Shown: positions 27,700-41,715, numbered from the stretch's first letter. The stretch: 64,000 bases of DNA from Paraspadella gotoi (GCA_051294375.1 CM119268.1:5254496-5318495); one strand, 5' to 3'. Translations and numbers: made by a program. The notes: generated by a model not told the origin, from the letters alone.

Positions 27700-28520
27700 C
27701 TGCTCACCGCAGCTTGCACACCAACTCCCTTGAATTATAAAACCGAAAAACCACAAAAAGAGGAGAAAAGAGAGATTCAAGATAAAAAAATTTCTGTCGA
27801 TCATAATATTCTTGTTTGCTGACGACGACAACGAAGACGACGACAAAAAAGAGGGACGAAGACGACGAAACTTCTATGATATCGATGAGGCGGGAGAAGA
27901 CAACAAACAACAATTGCTTGCCACGACCATGAAAGAACGATCCATATGTCGTATCAAAAAAAAAATTCGATGGGCAAACAGGCAAATGCAGGAGTGAACT
28001 CCAAGAGAAACCAAGCAAAATCAAGCAATGACTCCAAGGAAACCGAGCAGTAATGTCAACAAAGCGCGAGCAACCTTGAATTGAGGTCTGTTGTTGTTGG
28101 TTGTTGTTTGTTGTCATGGATGTTGCATCGACGGGGTTGAAAGTGTTTGAGATTGTCTTTCTTTTTCTGCTTTTGATCCCGCTGACCAAATTGCTTCTTT
28201 CTGTGAGCGGATGGATGTAAAACATTTAAATGTTCACGTTCTTCATAAAGATGCACCATTAGAATTTTCATAACGTGACTTTCACTACGCTCTAATGCTA
28301 TATTAATACAATGAACCGTAATTTAATCACCCCTGACGAGTGCACAATTTAAAGTGACATTAAACCTATGTTTTTCTGAAGAATTGATTTATAGAACTGA
28401 ATAAAAATAAAATCTGAATTTTTTGTCCTTCCGCTACTTTTTCTCTCTGTTCTATTCCAAAAAGGTAAAAGAAGCAATTTTTTACTCGCTATTAAAGTAA
28501 TCTATGTATGGATAACATTT
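27700..28520 (+). other. Indel-rich duplicate of ~26290-27060
   Basis: Collinear near-identical sequence from ctcaccgcagcttgcacaccaactcc to tactcgctat..aaagtaatct, with many inserted bases. Confidence 0.85.
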
Positions 28521-30559
28521 ATTTTTTCTCTTGCTCATCTGACGTGCATCTCTTCCGTGAGCATCGTCATCGTACGTCTCTCTCTCTCGGTCTCTCGTGC
28601 TGACTCGTGTCTCGATCTCTCTCTCTCGCTCTACGTGCTGACGATGACTGCTCGCTAGAGCTAATGTGGATTGTGTGGGTAGGGTTCTTGTTAAATTATT
28701 GTGCTGCATGTAATTCACGTGCAGTTAATCCTCGAAAAGTATAGAAGACTACGTCAATCCGCTGAACGCGAGAGGACAGGGACCTTCCTTTCTCCCTCAG
28801 TTCTTCACCGATTTCTCTTTGGCCGTAAGGAAGCGACTCGTTTTTCATGGTGAGATCGCTCGGAAGCCCCGAACTTGATGACAAACATAACTTAGCTCGC
28901 TGCTATCACTGACATCTCGCAGCAGAATGCGAGTCGGCGGGCGTCCGGGCGTCTCCTACCCTCCGGCCTTCCCCGTTGTTACTTACGAACCCTTTCCCTC
29001 TACTGCGGCTTTCGTTCCTTTTTCGTCCCTTTTCCTTTCTTTTAAGATTTGAAGTATTTTGTGAATTGTTGCTCAATTCCTTAGTATCTTTTCACTTTTC
29101 CTTTTCCACCCAAGGATCCGGGCATCCCGCTCCCCCTATTTCCGTTATTGGTGTCGATTCAATTTTGTCTGTTATTATCAATTGATTTTACGCACGTTTT
29201 TTTTCTAAGAAAAAGTTTCTATATTTCTTTCTTGTTTGGGGTGTCAAATTGGCTTCTTTCGGGTTATATTTAATTTTTAAAGCTTTGCATCTCCATTGTT
29301 CTCAACTTTAAGATAATTCGCAATTCATTCATATTTAGTTTTACTTCTGTTTGTACGCTACTCTCTATTTATCAATTGCTTTTTTTTCTTGGTTGTAGTC
29401 GATTTGTTGGCTCGCTTCGTGACGTTGGCTGTCGGGTCGGTTTGTTTCGTTCTTTTTTCCCTCCTTGTCTTACCCTTTTACTCTCATGAGGATTAACTGT
29501 TAAACTCACTCATTCCCCATCGTTCGGCCTTCCGTGGGACTGGGGTGAGAGACTTCAACAACGCTTGCGACTTAATGCTTTAATCCTGTCTTGAGGCGAG
29601 TAAGGCCCGGCGTGCCGCGCTGCCGCTTCCGCGCCGATCCGCCCGCTTCCGGCCGCCGATCCGACCGCCTGCTGTGGCCTCCTTTGTACGCTCTTTCTGT
29701 GTTATGGCTGTCTGCCGAGAGGATCAATCCTTGTTCCATGTGTTTACTTTGCAAGCCATTTTGTTGTCATTTTGAGAAATATAATTAATGATTGCACGAT
29801 TGACCGAATACTGATTGTACAGTACCAGGTGAGTAGAGCAAAGACCGCCTTAATCTTCTTCTCTTAATTTCTCGTATACACCGCGTAGAATATATGTTGA
29901 CAAACTGTATGTAGAATAGAGTTATATAATCATCAAGACGGTGTAACACGAATGCTGACGACTGAAGATTTATTGAATACTTTTAGTGAGCTCTCGCCTA
30001 TCACATTCAAACTAATCACAGCTCATATATATCTACCCGAATATCTCTTTCTCAGCGGTTTGTAGCCGCTGCGACATAGCATGACAAACTCAAAACATTA
30101 CTGGAGCCTTGTTTCTTCCTGTCATAGATGAATAATTTCTTTCTCTAATTCTGTTCTTCTCCTTTTACTTATCCTCTTTTTCTTCTATTAATCCAACTCC
30201 TTCCAAATTTTCTAGTGTCGATGCCTCTTCTAAATCCTTTTTCCTTCTATTCTGTCTGGCCTCGCGTAAGCCGAGCCCTCGTATTCAGCTCCGTCATATC
30301 TACTTCATCTTTTATCCTCGTACCTCAGTTTTTGTGCGTTTCTGTCCTCGTTCTTTACAACTCTGCTTTCTCCTGTCTCGCTTCTCCTCCTCCTCCGCTC
30401 CCGTCGCGTCCTCGCATACGCAATCTTGCCATTGCCAATAGTGTCTGCTGCTCGAGACCATTTCCTTGATGTACTCGTAAGGTTCCGTTTTCGACCTGGA
30501 ACCTATGCGCGGCAATTCATGTCCCAATCAACGGTTCATTTCCTACTCTGCGAAGATGT

Positions 30560-31290
30560 GATGCGAGAGGGCGGGTTGACGAAGATGACGATAAAAAGGG
30601 ATGCACCGGACTACGAAAATGACGACCGAAAGTGATGACAAAGAATATGACCGACGAAGGATAATGACGCGAAGCTGAATGACAAAAGGGTGATGTGCGC
30701 GAAAGATGGAGCGAAGTATGACAAAGGATGACGACGAAAAAGATGACGACGACACCAAACTGATCGAAAATATTATACAGGAAAATAAAACACATAAATT
30801 TCGGTTTGTTGCAGTTCAGTGCCATTTTTTTAAGAAAAAAAACAATTAACCTGAATATTTTTATTTAAAAATTAATGAAGAAAAGAAACAAAGATGACGC
30901 CAGATGGAAGCTTGAAAGAACTTTAATCAAAGTAACTTTCGAATTTTGACAAAAAAAATTAAAATCTACATGTAGGATTAAAAAAGGTACATTTTAATAT
31001 ATTAGTAAAATTTTTATTCAAATATTTTTTTTTTTACCTATAACCCAGATTTCGCTTTTAAAAAAGTTCTTTTCTTCTCAATGGAAAAGAAAGAAAAATT
31101 ATTAAAAGAGAAAGAGAAAGACGACGACGACGACGACGCACGACGTCCATGGAAAATAAAAAACAAAATAGCAGCTGGCTTTCTTTTCGGTTCTTATGAA
31201 GTCGTTAGGTTCTTTTGAAAAAATCGTAAGTGGGGAAAAAAAAGAAGCGTTGAATCAAAAAAGAACGCGTTTTTTTGCTTGCTGTCTGCT

Positions 31291-31340
<50 letters not shown>

Positions 31341-31420
31341 TCCTCTCTCTCTCTCTCTCTCTCTCTCTTCTCGTCTCTCTCTCTCTCCTCTTTCTTACTC
31401 AAATCAATATGAGAGAGTAC
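30560..31420 (-). other. Inverted noisy duplicate of ~24050-24860
   Basis: gacgccagatggaagcttgaaagaactttaatcaaag (~30896) is the reverse complement of ~24515-24551. Confidence 0.8.
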
Positions 31421-31689
31421 GTTTCGCCGCTTATAATATGAAGTTTTTTTTTAGTTTTCCTTTTACATAAAAATGATAAAACCTCAGACATGATTTCTTC
31501 TAAAAATTCATTTTCTCTCTCTGTCTGTCTCCTCTCTCTCTTCTCTACTCTCTCTTTCTCTCTCTCTCTCCATACTCTCTCTCTCTCTCTCTCTCTCTCT
31601 GCTTCTCCTCCCTCTCTCCCTCTCTCTCCCCCTCTTCTCCCTCTCTCCTCTTCACACTCTTTCATCTAATTTCTTTCGTACCTCTCCTC

Positions 31690-31769
31690 TCCTCTCCATT
31701 ATCTCAAGCGTTGAGCCCGCCTCTCCCCCGGCTCAAGCAAAAAAAATATGTATTGACGTTCTCTTCTCT

Positions 31770-31838
<69 letters not shown>

Positions 31839-31952
31839 TCTGCTGTCTAAAAAGAAAATTTGTTTGTATTTATCTACGAAATCCAGAGGATTATCCGGGT
31901 CATTAAAATCATCTGGTTCAGGAAATTTCAGGGGGCCCGGCGCATTTAGCCT

Positions 31953-32001
<49 letters not shown>

Positions 32002-32506
32002 GCTTCCTCTCTTCCGTTTGTCCACGCTTTTTCGCCTTCACTGGGCGTTAAATGCGCTAAGGCCAGCCGACGATTTAAAGAAACCCTTTCCAATGACAGT
32101 CCAGTTAAATTTTTATCTCATCTCGATCGTTAATGGACATAACTCTATGACATTTTCATTTCTCATTTTCATTCAAAAACTGCCTACATCAAGAATAGTT
32201 TCTGCTTAATTTGGTTTACTTTAAGAGAAAATTAGTCATTTTGATTACTTTTCTCTCTCTTGTACATTGAAACTTGAGTTTAACGAAAACTAAATCGTAA
32301 AAACGTAAACAAAAAACTCTAAACGAAACAGAGAAGGCGAAAATCTTGAAAAAACAACGGGAACCAAAGAACGGAAAAAAAAAGAAAAAGCTGTTTTGTT
32401 TTTTGTTTCTGTTTCTCCTTTTTCTGTTTTTTCGTTTTTTCTCATCGCATCAATCGATTGCGGAGCGGGAAATTTCGAGGTAAATCTCCCAGCGGTAGAG
32501 AGCAGA

Positions 32507-32556
<50 letters not shown>

Positions 32557-32888
32557 AGAGGAGAGATGAGAGAGAGAGAGAGGAGTGGTTCCTTAATGCG
32601 GATTATTCCACTGCCGTTTTGCGGTGTTCTCTCGATCTCTCTTCTCTCTCCTCTCTCTTCCTCTCTCTATTCTCTCTCTCTCCTCTCTACTTTCTCTTCC
32701 TCTCTGTCCGCGCATACATTACTACGAGAAATTATACACCACCGAGACATGAAGGGGGCGGGATTTGAAGAGACGGACGCTGTCGAAGATTTTTGACAGG
32801 TCGCTCGTCGTCGTTGTTGTCGTCGCCAATCATCACTCGCCGTCACGATACTGTAAATTCTGTATCGCCCTTCCAGTTGAAAACACGC
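31690..32888 (+). other. Segment duplicated at ~38400-39620
   Basis: Both copies run from ctcaagcgttgagcccg to ttccagttgaaaacacg and differ mostly by small indels. Confidence 0.85.
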
Positions 32889-32913
32889 NNNNNNNNNNNN
32901 NNNNNNNNNNNNN

Positions 32914-34010
32914 ATTTTTTTCTTTCTTCTTTTCTCTCCTTTTCTTTCTTGTTCTTTCTTCTCTCTCTCTTCTTTTTTCTTCTTCTCGCATACCCATACT
33001 TCAACTTTTGCTCCCGTTTTTGCTTTTATGTCCTTTCTCTCCTCCTTTTCTCCCCGCTCCTCCTCCTCCCTCCATCCTCCTGCCTCCTCCTCCTCTCCCA
33101 TTTTTGCCCGCCATTTTCCTTTTACCGCTAATCGGTTGCCTGGGGCCTCCGCGCATTCCCCATGGCGAACTTCTTTCCTACTTCAAGAGATGACGACGAA
33201 GGCGCGATGACGAAGATGACCGACAAAGATGACAACAAAATTGACGACGAAAGCTGATGACAAAGATGTGACGGAGGCGAAAGATAATGACGAAGCTGCA
33301 TGGACAAAGGTGATGGCGAACGATGGCGAAGGATGACAAAGATGACGACGAACATGACGACGACACAAAACTGATCGAAAATATTTACAGAAAATAAAAC
33401 ATAAATTCGTTGCGCTTTGTGCAGTTGCAATTTAAGAGAAAAAAATCAATTAACCTGAATATTTTGTTAAAAAATTAAGTTGGAACGAAAAGAAAACAAA
33501 TGGATCGCCCAATGAAGCCTTGAAAGAACTTTAATCAAAGAACTTTTCGAATTTGAGAAAAAAAATAAATCTAGATTAGGGATTAAAAAGTACATTTTAT
33601 AGATTAGTTATGAATATTTTATTTCAAAAGATTTTTTTTGTACCTATAAACCAGGATTCGCTTTTAAAAAAGTTTCTTTCTTCTCAATGAAAAAGAAAGA
33701 AAAAATATTAAAAGAAGAAAGAGAAAGACGACGACGACGACGAGCCGACTTCCAGAAATAAAAACAGAAGAATAGCAGCTGCTTTCTTTGGTTTTATAAG
33801 TCGTTGGTTCTTTTGAAAATCGTAGTGGGAAAAAAAAGAAGGGTGAATCAAAAAGACGCGTTTTGTTGTGCTCTCTTGCTGCTCCTTTCTCCTGCTCTCT
33901 CTCTCTGCTCTCTCTGCCTCATTCTCTTCTCTCCCGTGGCGTGCGTCTCTCTCTCTCTCTCTCTGTCGTCTCGTCTCTCGTCTCTCTCTTACTCAATCAA
34001 TATGAGAGAG
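32914..34010 (-). other. Second inverted duplicate of ~24045-25125
   Basis: ttctcgcatacccatacttcaactttt (~32982) is the reverse complement of aaaagttgaagtatgggtatgcgagaa (~25029); collinear throughout. Confidence 0.85.
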
Positions 34011-34689
34011 TCGTTCTCGCTTATAAATGAAGTTTTTTTTTCGTTTCCTTTCATAAAAATCATAACTCAGACATGATTTTTAAAATTCATTTCTCTCTCT
34101 GTCTGTTCTCTCTCTCTCTTTGCTCTCTCTCTCTCTCTCTCTCCCTCCTGAGGCATATGGTTGACTTTCCCTCCACATCTCGACGCTGATTGGCCCAGCC
34201 GCGACTTCAGCGCGGACTTTCTTCCGGCGGCCGGAGTAACGTCCGCTCCTTGATTCGCTCGTCTCGCCGCGAAGGAAGAGGATTCTATTTCCTTCTCTTC
34301 TCACTCTCTCTCCTTTCGCTTCCTTCTTTCGCGCGTCTTACTCTCGAATTTTGGGAGAAATTTATCATTTCTCATAAAAAAAAATACTTTTTCCCGAGTG
34401 AATATTTTTAAACATAAGGTGAAAAAATATTTTTACAAAACCAAATGTATGAAGTTAATGTGAATTTACTTCTGAAATGACTTAAAAATAATTACTAAAA
34501 AGTTAAGTTACCTTAACAAAGCAAATGACAGAGGAATCATTGTTATTATTATAAAATAAACATAAAATGTTTATGTCTAAAATTGAAAATTTTAAAAATA
34601 TCATTCAAAGAAAATAAAAAATATCAATGTATTTTTTTAATTTTTATTTTTTTAATTCATTAATTTATAATTATGCTCAATTTCAGCAC

Positions 34690-35340
34690 GTTACTTTCAT
34701 CTTCGCCCAATCTGCGTCCAAGTTTCATTGTCTTTTGTCTGGGAGAATTGCTGACAATGTTTTAGAAGACGGTCGCATTCAAAAAAAGGACCCCACGGAA
34801 CTAAAGTAAAACAAAAAGTTTATTAGTCGGATCTGCCTTTCAGCAGATCCCGACTCTATAATTCCACTTTGTCGCGTCGTCGGTCCGCCCAACCCAATCT
34901 TGTCTGGGGGAATTCACTTATATCATATCAGAACATCGAATTATGATAAATTATGCAACAAAAATCTTAAAAGCATACTAGGATCGTCGCAATTGCATAA
35001 GACAAAATGTGGATTGACGACAAATTTTGATAATAAAAAAAATAAAATTTAAAAAAAAAATTTATAAACAGAAAGAAAAAGAAGAAAAGAATAAATAAAA
35101 AAGAAAGGAAAGAAAGGAAAGGAAAAGAATTAGAAAAAAAAGAATAGAAAGGAAAGAAAGCTGAATAGAAAGGAAAGAAGCGATAGAAGGAAAGAAAGAA
35201 TAGAAAGGCGGAAAAAAAGAAAATTAATTTATAAAAACAGAAAGAAAAAATTGCTATTTTCGATTGTCTCTAAACACTGTCAGCATTCCCAGACAAAAGA
35301 CCAAAGTGAAACTGAATCAGACTGGACGAAGTGAAGTAAG
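34690..35340. mobile_element. MITE-like element with ~75 bp imperfect terminal inverted repeats
   Basis: gtcttttgtctgggagaattgctgacaatgttttagaagac (~34730-34770) vs gtctctaaacactgtcagcattcccagacaaaagac (~35266-35301); internal hairpin agtcggatctgc...gcagatcccgact at 34825-34855. Confidence 0.55.
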
Positions 35341-35465
35341 ACAAACAGTAGAACAAAAAACCCGATGTTATATAGCAAAATGATAAATGCACGAATGCGA
35401 TGCTAATTTACGAGTTCAATCCCAATTAAATTTTTTTTAAATAAAACACAGAGAGAGAGAGAGAG

Positions 35466-37354
35466 TGAAGAGAAATCGCCCTCGTTATTTGTATCATGTT
35501 TTAGGCGGTCATTTTTCTCTTCTCTCTATCTCGGCCCGTTTTTGGACGTCGGTCATTGACCATTTACTTTCATAATTTTTGCTGATCGGACTTTTCAGTC
35601 GTTTTTTAGAACACTCTTTGGAAACTCGTATTGCTCGTTCTGAAAACCGTTTCCATTATTTAACGGTTTTCGCGACTCTGATATTTGTCACGATTGTTTC
35701 CTTTTGCTACGATTTTTGTCACGACCTAAGAATAGACGTTTGGACCATTTTTGGGATTCTTCGCGTTGTACTTTTTACTAAGAACTTTAGTCAGCAAAAC
35801 TCTTTGTCAAAAGCTCTTTTTGCGACGGGGGCAACCAACGACGCAACGCAAAGCGTGCCGCAGACTCGGGAATTCTTCTACAGTAAAAAATAACGAATTG
35901 CTTCGCGGAAACGCCATTAGAGATTTGATTAAATCACGCATTAAGAGAAGAAAGACTTCAACTGAAAATGTTTTGATTTTGCCGACGTCGCGGAAAGGAA
36001 ACACCGCCGATTTAGTAGAAGACATCTTCCCATGGTGGTTAATGATCAACTACTAAATCTACGATTGCTTTAAAACCTACTAGAAGCCCGATTAGAAACG
36101 ATGAAGGAATCTCTTAAAAAGAGTTCGATACGTTTACGACTCGAACTCCCAGGAACAGAAAATCGTTGAGAGAAGGAGCCGCGGCCATCTATTCAACCGC
36201 CGACTCCTCTCCAACTCCATTCAAGCTTCTGCTTCTCAACGTCTTTCAACGATGGGGGATTTGATTCTCGCAATCGGCGCGTCATCACCCAAAAATCGCT
36301 CTATTACTCCCCGGCCGAAAATAACGCGCAACCTCGATGCGGAGTCGACGCCGACTATCTCAGATCAGCGCCTTTTACGAAGGCTGCATCTTGCATTTTC
36401 TGCGCTAAAGAATCACCTCGCCTTTCTCAGTGCAACTTGTATCGGCGATGGACTCTGATATAAAAAAAATGTTCGTCTTCAAGAGAAGATTGTGTTTCAC
36501 AGCTTGCCTGAAGCCTGGACATACGTTCTTCGACACTGCCAACTCACTGCGACCGCGCGTCGTGATGGACCGCCACCATTCGGTGCTGCATGACTGGCCT
36601 GGATCTCAACGCCGCACGAGAATGAACACTACAATATCGGCGGACGGGAAAATCCTAGTCCAGATGATACCGCTCCAAAGATACAACGGCAATCCAAAAA
36701 TACATCGATATGAATTTGTTTGAATATTTTCTTTTTATTTCTTCTTTTTTTTCTCTCTCTCTCTTTCTAATTTGTTTAAAATGATTTAGTAATTCGACTT
36801 ATTCGGATCAGGCTTTAACGAAATCATTTAATTTTAAAATGTTCATTCATTGAATATTTAGGATTTTGATTTTAAGTTACATACGGGTTCGGCGGATTTC
36901 TTTTATTTTCTTTAGAGTAAAAATGTACCATTTTACTGCATCGGGGGTGAAAGGAGAAATCGCCTCGTTATTTGTATCATGTTTAGGGTCATTATTTCTC
37001 TTCTCTCTTATCTTTCGGCCCGTTTGGACGTCACAACATCTGGTCATTTGAACCTTACTTTCATAATTTTTGTGATCGACTTTTCAGTTGTTTTTAGAAC
37101 CACTCTTTGGAAAAACTCGTGCTCCGTCTGAAAACGTTATTTTTACGGGTTTCGCGACTTGATATTGTCACGATTTTTGTCTCCTTTTGCTTACGATTTG
37201 TCACTAACCAAAGAATTAGACGTGGGCATTTTGTTCTCGCCGTTGTACTTTTTACTAGATATTTAGTCAGCAAAACTCTTTGTCAAAAGCTCTTTTGGAC
37301 GGGCAACCCAACGAACGCCAACCGAAAGCGTGGAGACTCGGAAATTTCTCTACA
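35466..37354 (+). mobile_element. Internally deleted BEL/Pao-like LTR retrotransposon (LTRs 35466-35882 and 36948-37354, gag remnant between)
   Basis: Two ~410 bp direct repeats starting TG and ending CTACA with short terminal inverted repeats (TGAAGAGAAAT...ATTTCTCTACA); GGGGG tract before the 3' LTR; frameshifted zinc-knuckle remnant KRRLCF-ACLKPGH...RHHSVLH at ~36480-36593; (GA)n on both flanks. Confidence 0.7.
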
Positions 37355-38473
37355 GAGAGAGAGAGAGAATGAGAGAGAAAAGAAAGAAATCATAATGGCA
37401 GCAGCCAGAAGCGCAGGAGAAAAGATGAGAAAAGAGAAGCCCCTGCGAGCCAGCTGCAGACTCGTTTTTTTCCCTATGATTATGATCAAGTGAATAGGGG
37501 AAAGAGAGAGGTGGAGGAGAGAGACATTGTAATTTAAGAAAAAAGAAGAGACAGAGAAATATGAAAATAAAAAGCAGAAAATTGTGTGAAAACGTACAAA
37601 CATATTTAATAACTGTTCAGACTCAATTTAAGCAACATCGATGTGAGAGCTGTATATTAAATTTTTCACTTCATAAACCCAAAATTTAATCATAAAAATG
37701 CGATCTATAATTTGGAACGCCGACGACCTTCGTCAGTAATAATAGTAACGAGAATAAAATGATAGTTGATAACAATTCATTGAACGTCAATTAAAAGGAT
37801 AAAAACGTCGTTTTTAGTTCTTGGCTTGAAATTCGAAGAGAAAACTTAACAAAGTAAGGAGGTCAATTAGAGTCACCAGAAACATATTATTGTTGAAAAA
37901 TATACAATTAATGTCTAGAGAAAAGTTTTGAAATGAATTTCAACAACGATTATTTGAATTGACATTCATTTTTACAACTTTTCTCTAAATCTCAACCACA
38001 ACGAAACGATTATTATTGAGAAAATTTTTTTGCCTCTCTCTGTTCATTACGCCAGGAAAAAATGTAAGAGATGTGGAGAAGCAACAAACTAAGGAAAATG
38101 TGGGGAGAGAGCCAGAGAAAAGAGCGATGAAGCCGGTTATTTTTCGCGAGTCATTCGCACGCTAGACCCGCGGACGATCGCCCGTCGAAGAAGAAGAGGA
38201 TCTCGCTCATTTTTCAGAGCACCGATGCGGAATGACCTCCGACCTTCGAACCTGCGGTAGAGAAAGAGGAGCGGACAGAGAGAAGCCTTTTGTTACTACC
38301 GCGGCTCGGTCGATTGTCGACCACCCCATGCTCCTCTCTCTCCCCTCTTCTCCCACTCTCTCTTCCACTCTTTCACATTTCTTTCGACTCTCCCTTTCCC
38401 TCCATTACTCAAGCGTTGAGCCCGGCCTCTCCCACCGGCTTCAAGCAAAAAAAATATGTATTGACGTTCCTTC

Positions 38474-38504
<31 letters not shown>

Positions 38505-38506
38505 CT

Positions 38507-38556
<50 letters not shown>

Positions 38557-38661
38557 AAAAAGAAAATTTTTGTATTTTATCTACGAAATCCGAGGATTAT
38601 CCGGGTATATAAAAATCATCTGGCTTCAAGGAATTTATTCAGCGGGGCCCGGCGCATTTAG

Positions 38662-38715
<54 letters not shown>

Positions 38716-39279
38716 CTCTCTCTCTCCTTCCGTTTGTCCACGCTTTTTCGCCTTCACTGGGCGTTAAATGCGCTAAGGCCAGCGACGATTTTAAAGAAAA
38801 TCCCTTATCCAATGACAGTCCAGTTAAATTTTTATCTTCATTCGATCTATAATGACAGTAACTCTATGACATTTTCTTTCTCATTTTTTTCATCAAAAAC
38901 TGCCTACATCAAGTAATAGTTCTGCTTAATTTGGTTTACTTTAAGAGAAAATTAGTCATTTGATTACTTTTTCTCTCTTGTACATTGAAACCTTGAGTTA
39001 ACGAAAAACTAAATGCCGTAAAAACGTAACCAAAAAAACTCTAAACGAAAACAGAGAAGGCGAAAAATCGTTTGAAAAAACAACGGGACCAAAGAAGCGG
39101 AAAAAAAAAGAAAAAGCTGTTTTGGTTTTTTTGTTTCTGTTCTCTCAGCTTTTTCTGTTTTTCGTTTTTTCTTCATCTCGCATCCAATCGATGCGGAGGG
39201 GAAATTTCGAGGTAATCCTCCCAGGGTAGAGAGCAGAGAGGAGAGAGATGAGAGAGAGAGAGAGAGAGAGAAGGAGAGA

Positions 39280-39322
<43 letters not shown>

Positions 39323-39619
39323 CTTCCTAATGCGGATTATTCCACTGCGTTTTGCGGCGTTCTCGTATCTCTCTCTCTCTCTCTTCCTCCTCTCTCCTCT
39401 CTCTCATGTCTCTCTCTCCTCTCTACTCTCTCTCTCTGTCCGCGCATAATTATCTATCGAGAAATTATTAACACCACCGAGACATGAAGGGGGCGGTTGA
39501 AGAGACGGACGCTGGCTCGAAGATTTTTGACAGGTTCGCGTCGTCGCGTCTTGTGTCGTGCAATCATCATCGCCGCACGATACTGTAAATTCTGTATCGA
39601 CGCTTCCAGTTGAAAACAC

Positions 39620-40580
39620 GGATTTTTCTCTCGTGTGGGTATTTCTCTTTCTTTTTGTTTAGAATGTACCTCTCTCTGTTATGGCTTTGATATTTGTGTT
39701 TTATTGTTCGTTGTCTTTTCTTTCCTAATATCTCGTCTTCGCTACGCCGTTCCTTTGTTGTTGTTTACTCCGGTGGTCTTTGTCAGTCTCTCTGTCATCG
39801 TTTAAGTCAGTCACTGTAGTCATAGAATTAAGAACAAGTTAAAACAAAAAACGAATACCGAATATAAATGAAAACAAAGAAATTAATTCATTTTTTTATT
39901 AGTTTCGTCAAAATCACACACAACTATGGACGGTAGAATTATTTTAAAGATTATTTTTAAAATTATTTTTGATCCCTTTTAACCCAATCAAATTTACATA
40001 AGAGAATTTAATATCTATACGCTCATAATAATTTTTTTATTTCTGAGAAAAACTAAACGAATTAACAGTTAATTTTAAGCGAACAAGCGTACCATTAACA
40101 TCTGTACTTAGCATTTCCGGCATAGACAAACTATAAATTTCTGTCCCCTTTAAACTGAGTGATATCATTTGTTCTCTGATCATCATGACCATACATTTTC
40201 TAAATCTCCACCTCACTTCCCCTCTTCCCTTCCCTCTTCATTCCAGTGGCCCCCCGAAAACAACGACAGAGACGAACGACCTTCATCGGCGGGAGTTGGA
40301 CAGTCTTTGGACTCTCCTCTTCTCGAAACCGCGTATAATTCGACATCTCAGCGCGGAGGACAGTCGCGCTCAAATTAATACCGATCGAGAGTTAGGTAAG
40401 GAGACGAGAGAGAGGTGGCGCTTGGAGAGTGGGAGATGGTTGTCATGAGGCTGGGGCTGGGGAGATTAAGAATTGTGACGCGGAATTTGATCGTCGTGGT
40501 GTATATGAAATCGGGTACATTCAATAGATTTCCATCTCATTCAATAAATAACACTATCTATGTCCTAATTTGCGCAGAGA
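39620..40580 (+). other. Indel-rich duplicate of 40619-41730, including a broken copy of Otx exon 2 (40247-40395)
   Basis: ttccag|tggccccccgaaaacaacgacagagacgaacgaccttc...gttag|gtaaggag; intron flanks are duplicated too. It supplies the acceptor hidden in the N-gap at 41217-41401. Confidence 0.8.
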
Positions 40581-41159
40581 GGCAGTATGGATAGAGAAAA
40601 GACATCACATAACATACTGATTTTTCTCTCGTGGGGTATTTCTCTTTCTTTTTTGTTTAGAATGTACCTCTCTGTTTTGTCGTCTTATTTTGTGGTTTTG
40701 TTGTTCCCGTTGTCTTTTTCTTTTTGCCCGTAATATTGATTCGTTTTTCGCTCGCCCGTTCCTCTGGTTGTGTTTTTTCTCCGGATGGTCTTTTGTCAGT
40801 CTCTCTGTTGTTTAATGTGTCAGTCATGTGTCATAGAAATTAAGAAAGGTTACAAACCAAAAAAAACGAATACGAATAATAAAATCGCAAAACAAAGAAA
40901 TTAATTCTTTTTTTATTAGTTTAGTCAAAATCACACAAATATGGACGGGAGAGATTATTTTTAAAGTATTTTAAAATTATTTTTGATCCTTTTACATCAA
41001 ATTTACATACAGAATTTTATTCTATACGTCATAATAATTTTTTTCATTTCTGAGAAAAACTAACCAATTAACCAGTTAATTTTAAGCCGAACAGTGAACA
41101 AGCGTGCTATGTATATCTGTACTTAGATTCCGGATAGACAAACTATAAATTTTAAGTCC

Positions 41160-41206
41160 AATGATATCACTCAGTATTTAAGGCTTAAATACTGAGTGAT
41201 ATCATT
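41160..41206. repeat. Perfect palindrome, 23 bp arms and 1 nt loop
   Basis: aatgatatcactcagtatttaag-g-cttaaatactgagtgatatcatt. Confidence 0.9.
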
Positions 41207-41398
41207 TGATCTCTCGNNNNNNNNNNNNNNNNNNNNNNNNNNNNNNNNNNNNNNNNNNNNNNNNNNNNNNNNNNNNNNNNNNNNNNNNNNNNNNNNNNNN
41301 NNNNNNNNNNNNNNNNNNNNNNNNNNNNNNNNNNNNNNNNNNNNNNNNNNNNNNNNNNNNNNNNNNNNNNNNNNNNNNNNNNNNNNNNNNNNNNNNNN

Positions 41399-41715
<317 letters not shown>

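Noticed and set aside
28520-30560. Novel ORFs or ncRNA in the unique-looking stretch
   Set aside because: Scrambled sequence between noisy duplicates with only short motif-less ORFs; probably low-quality read sequence.
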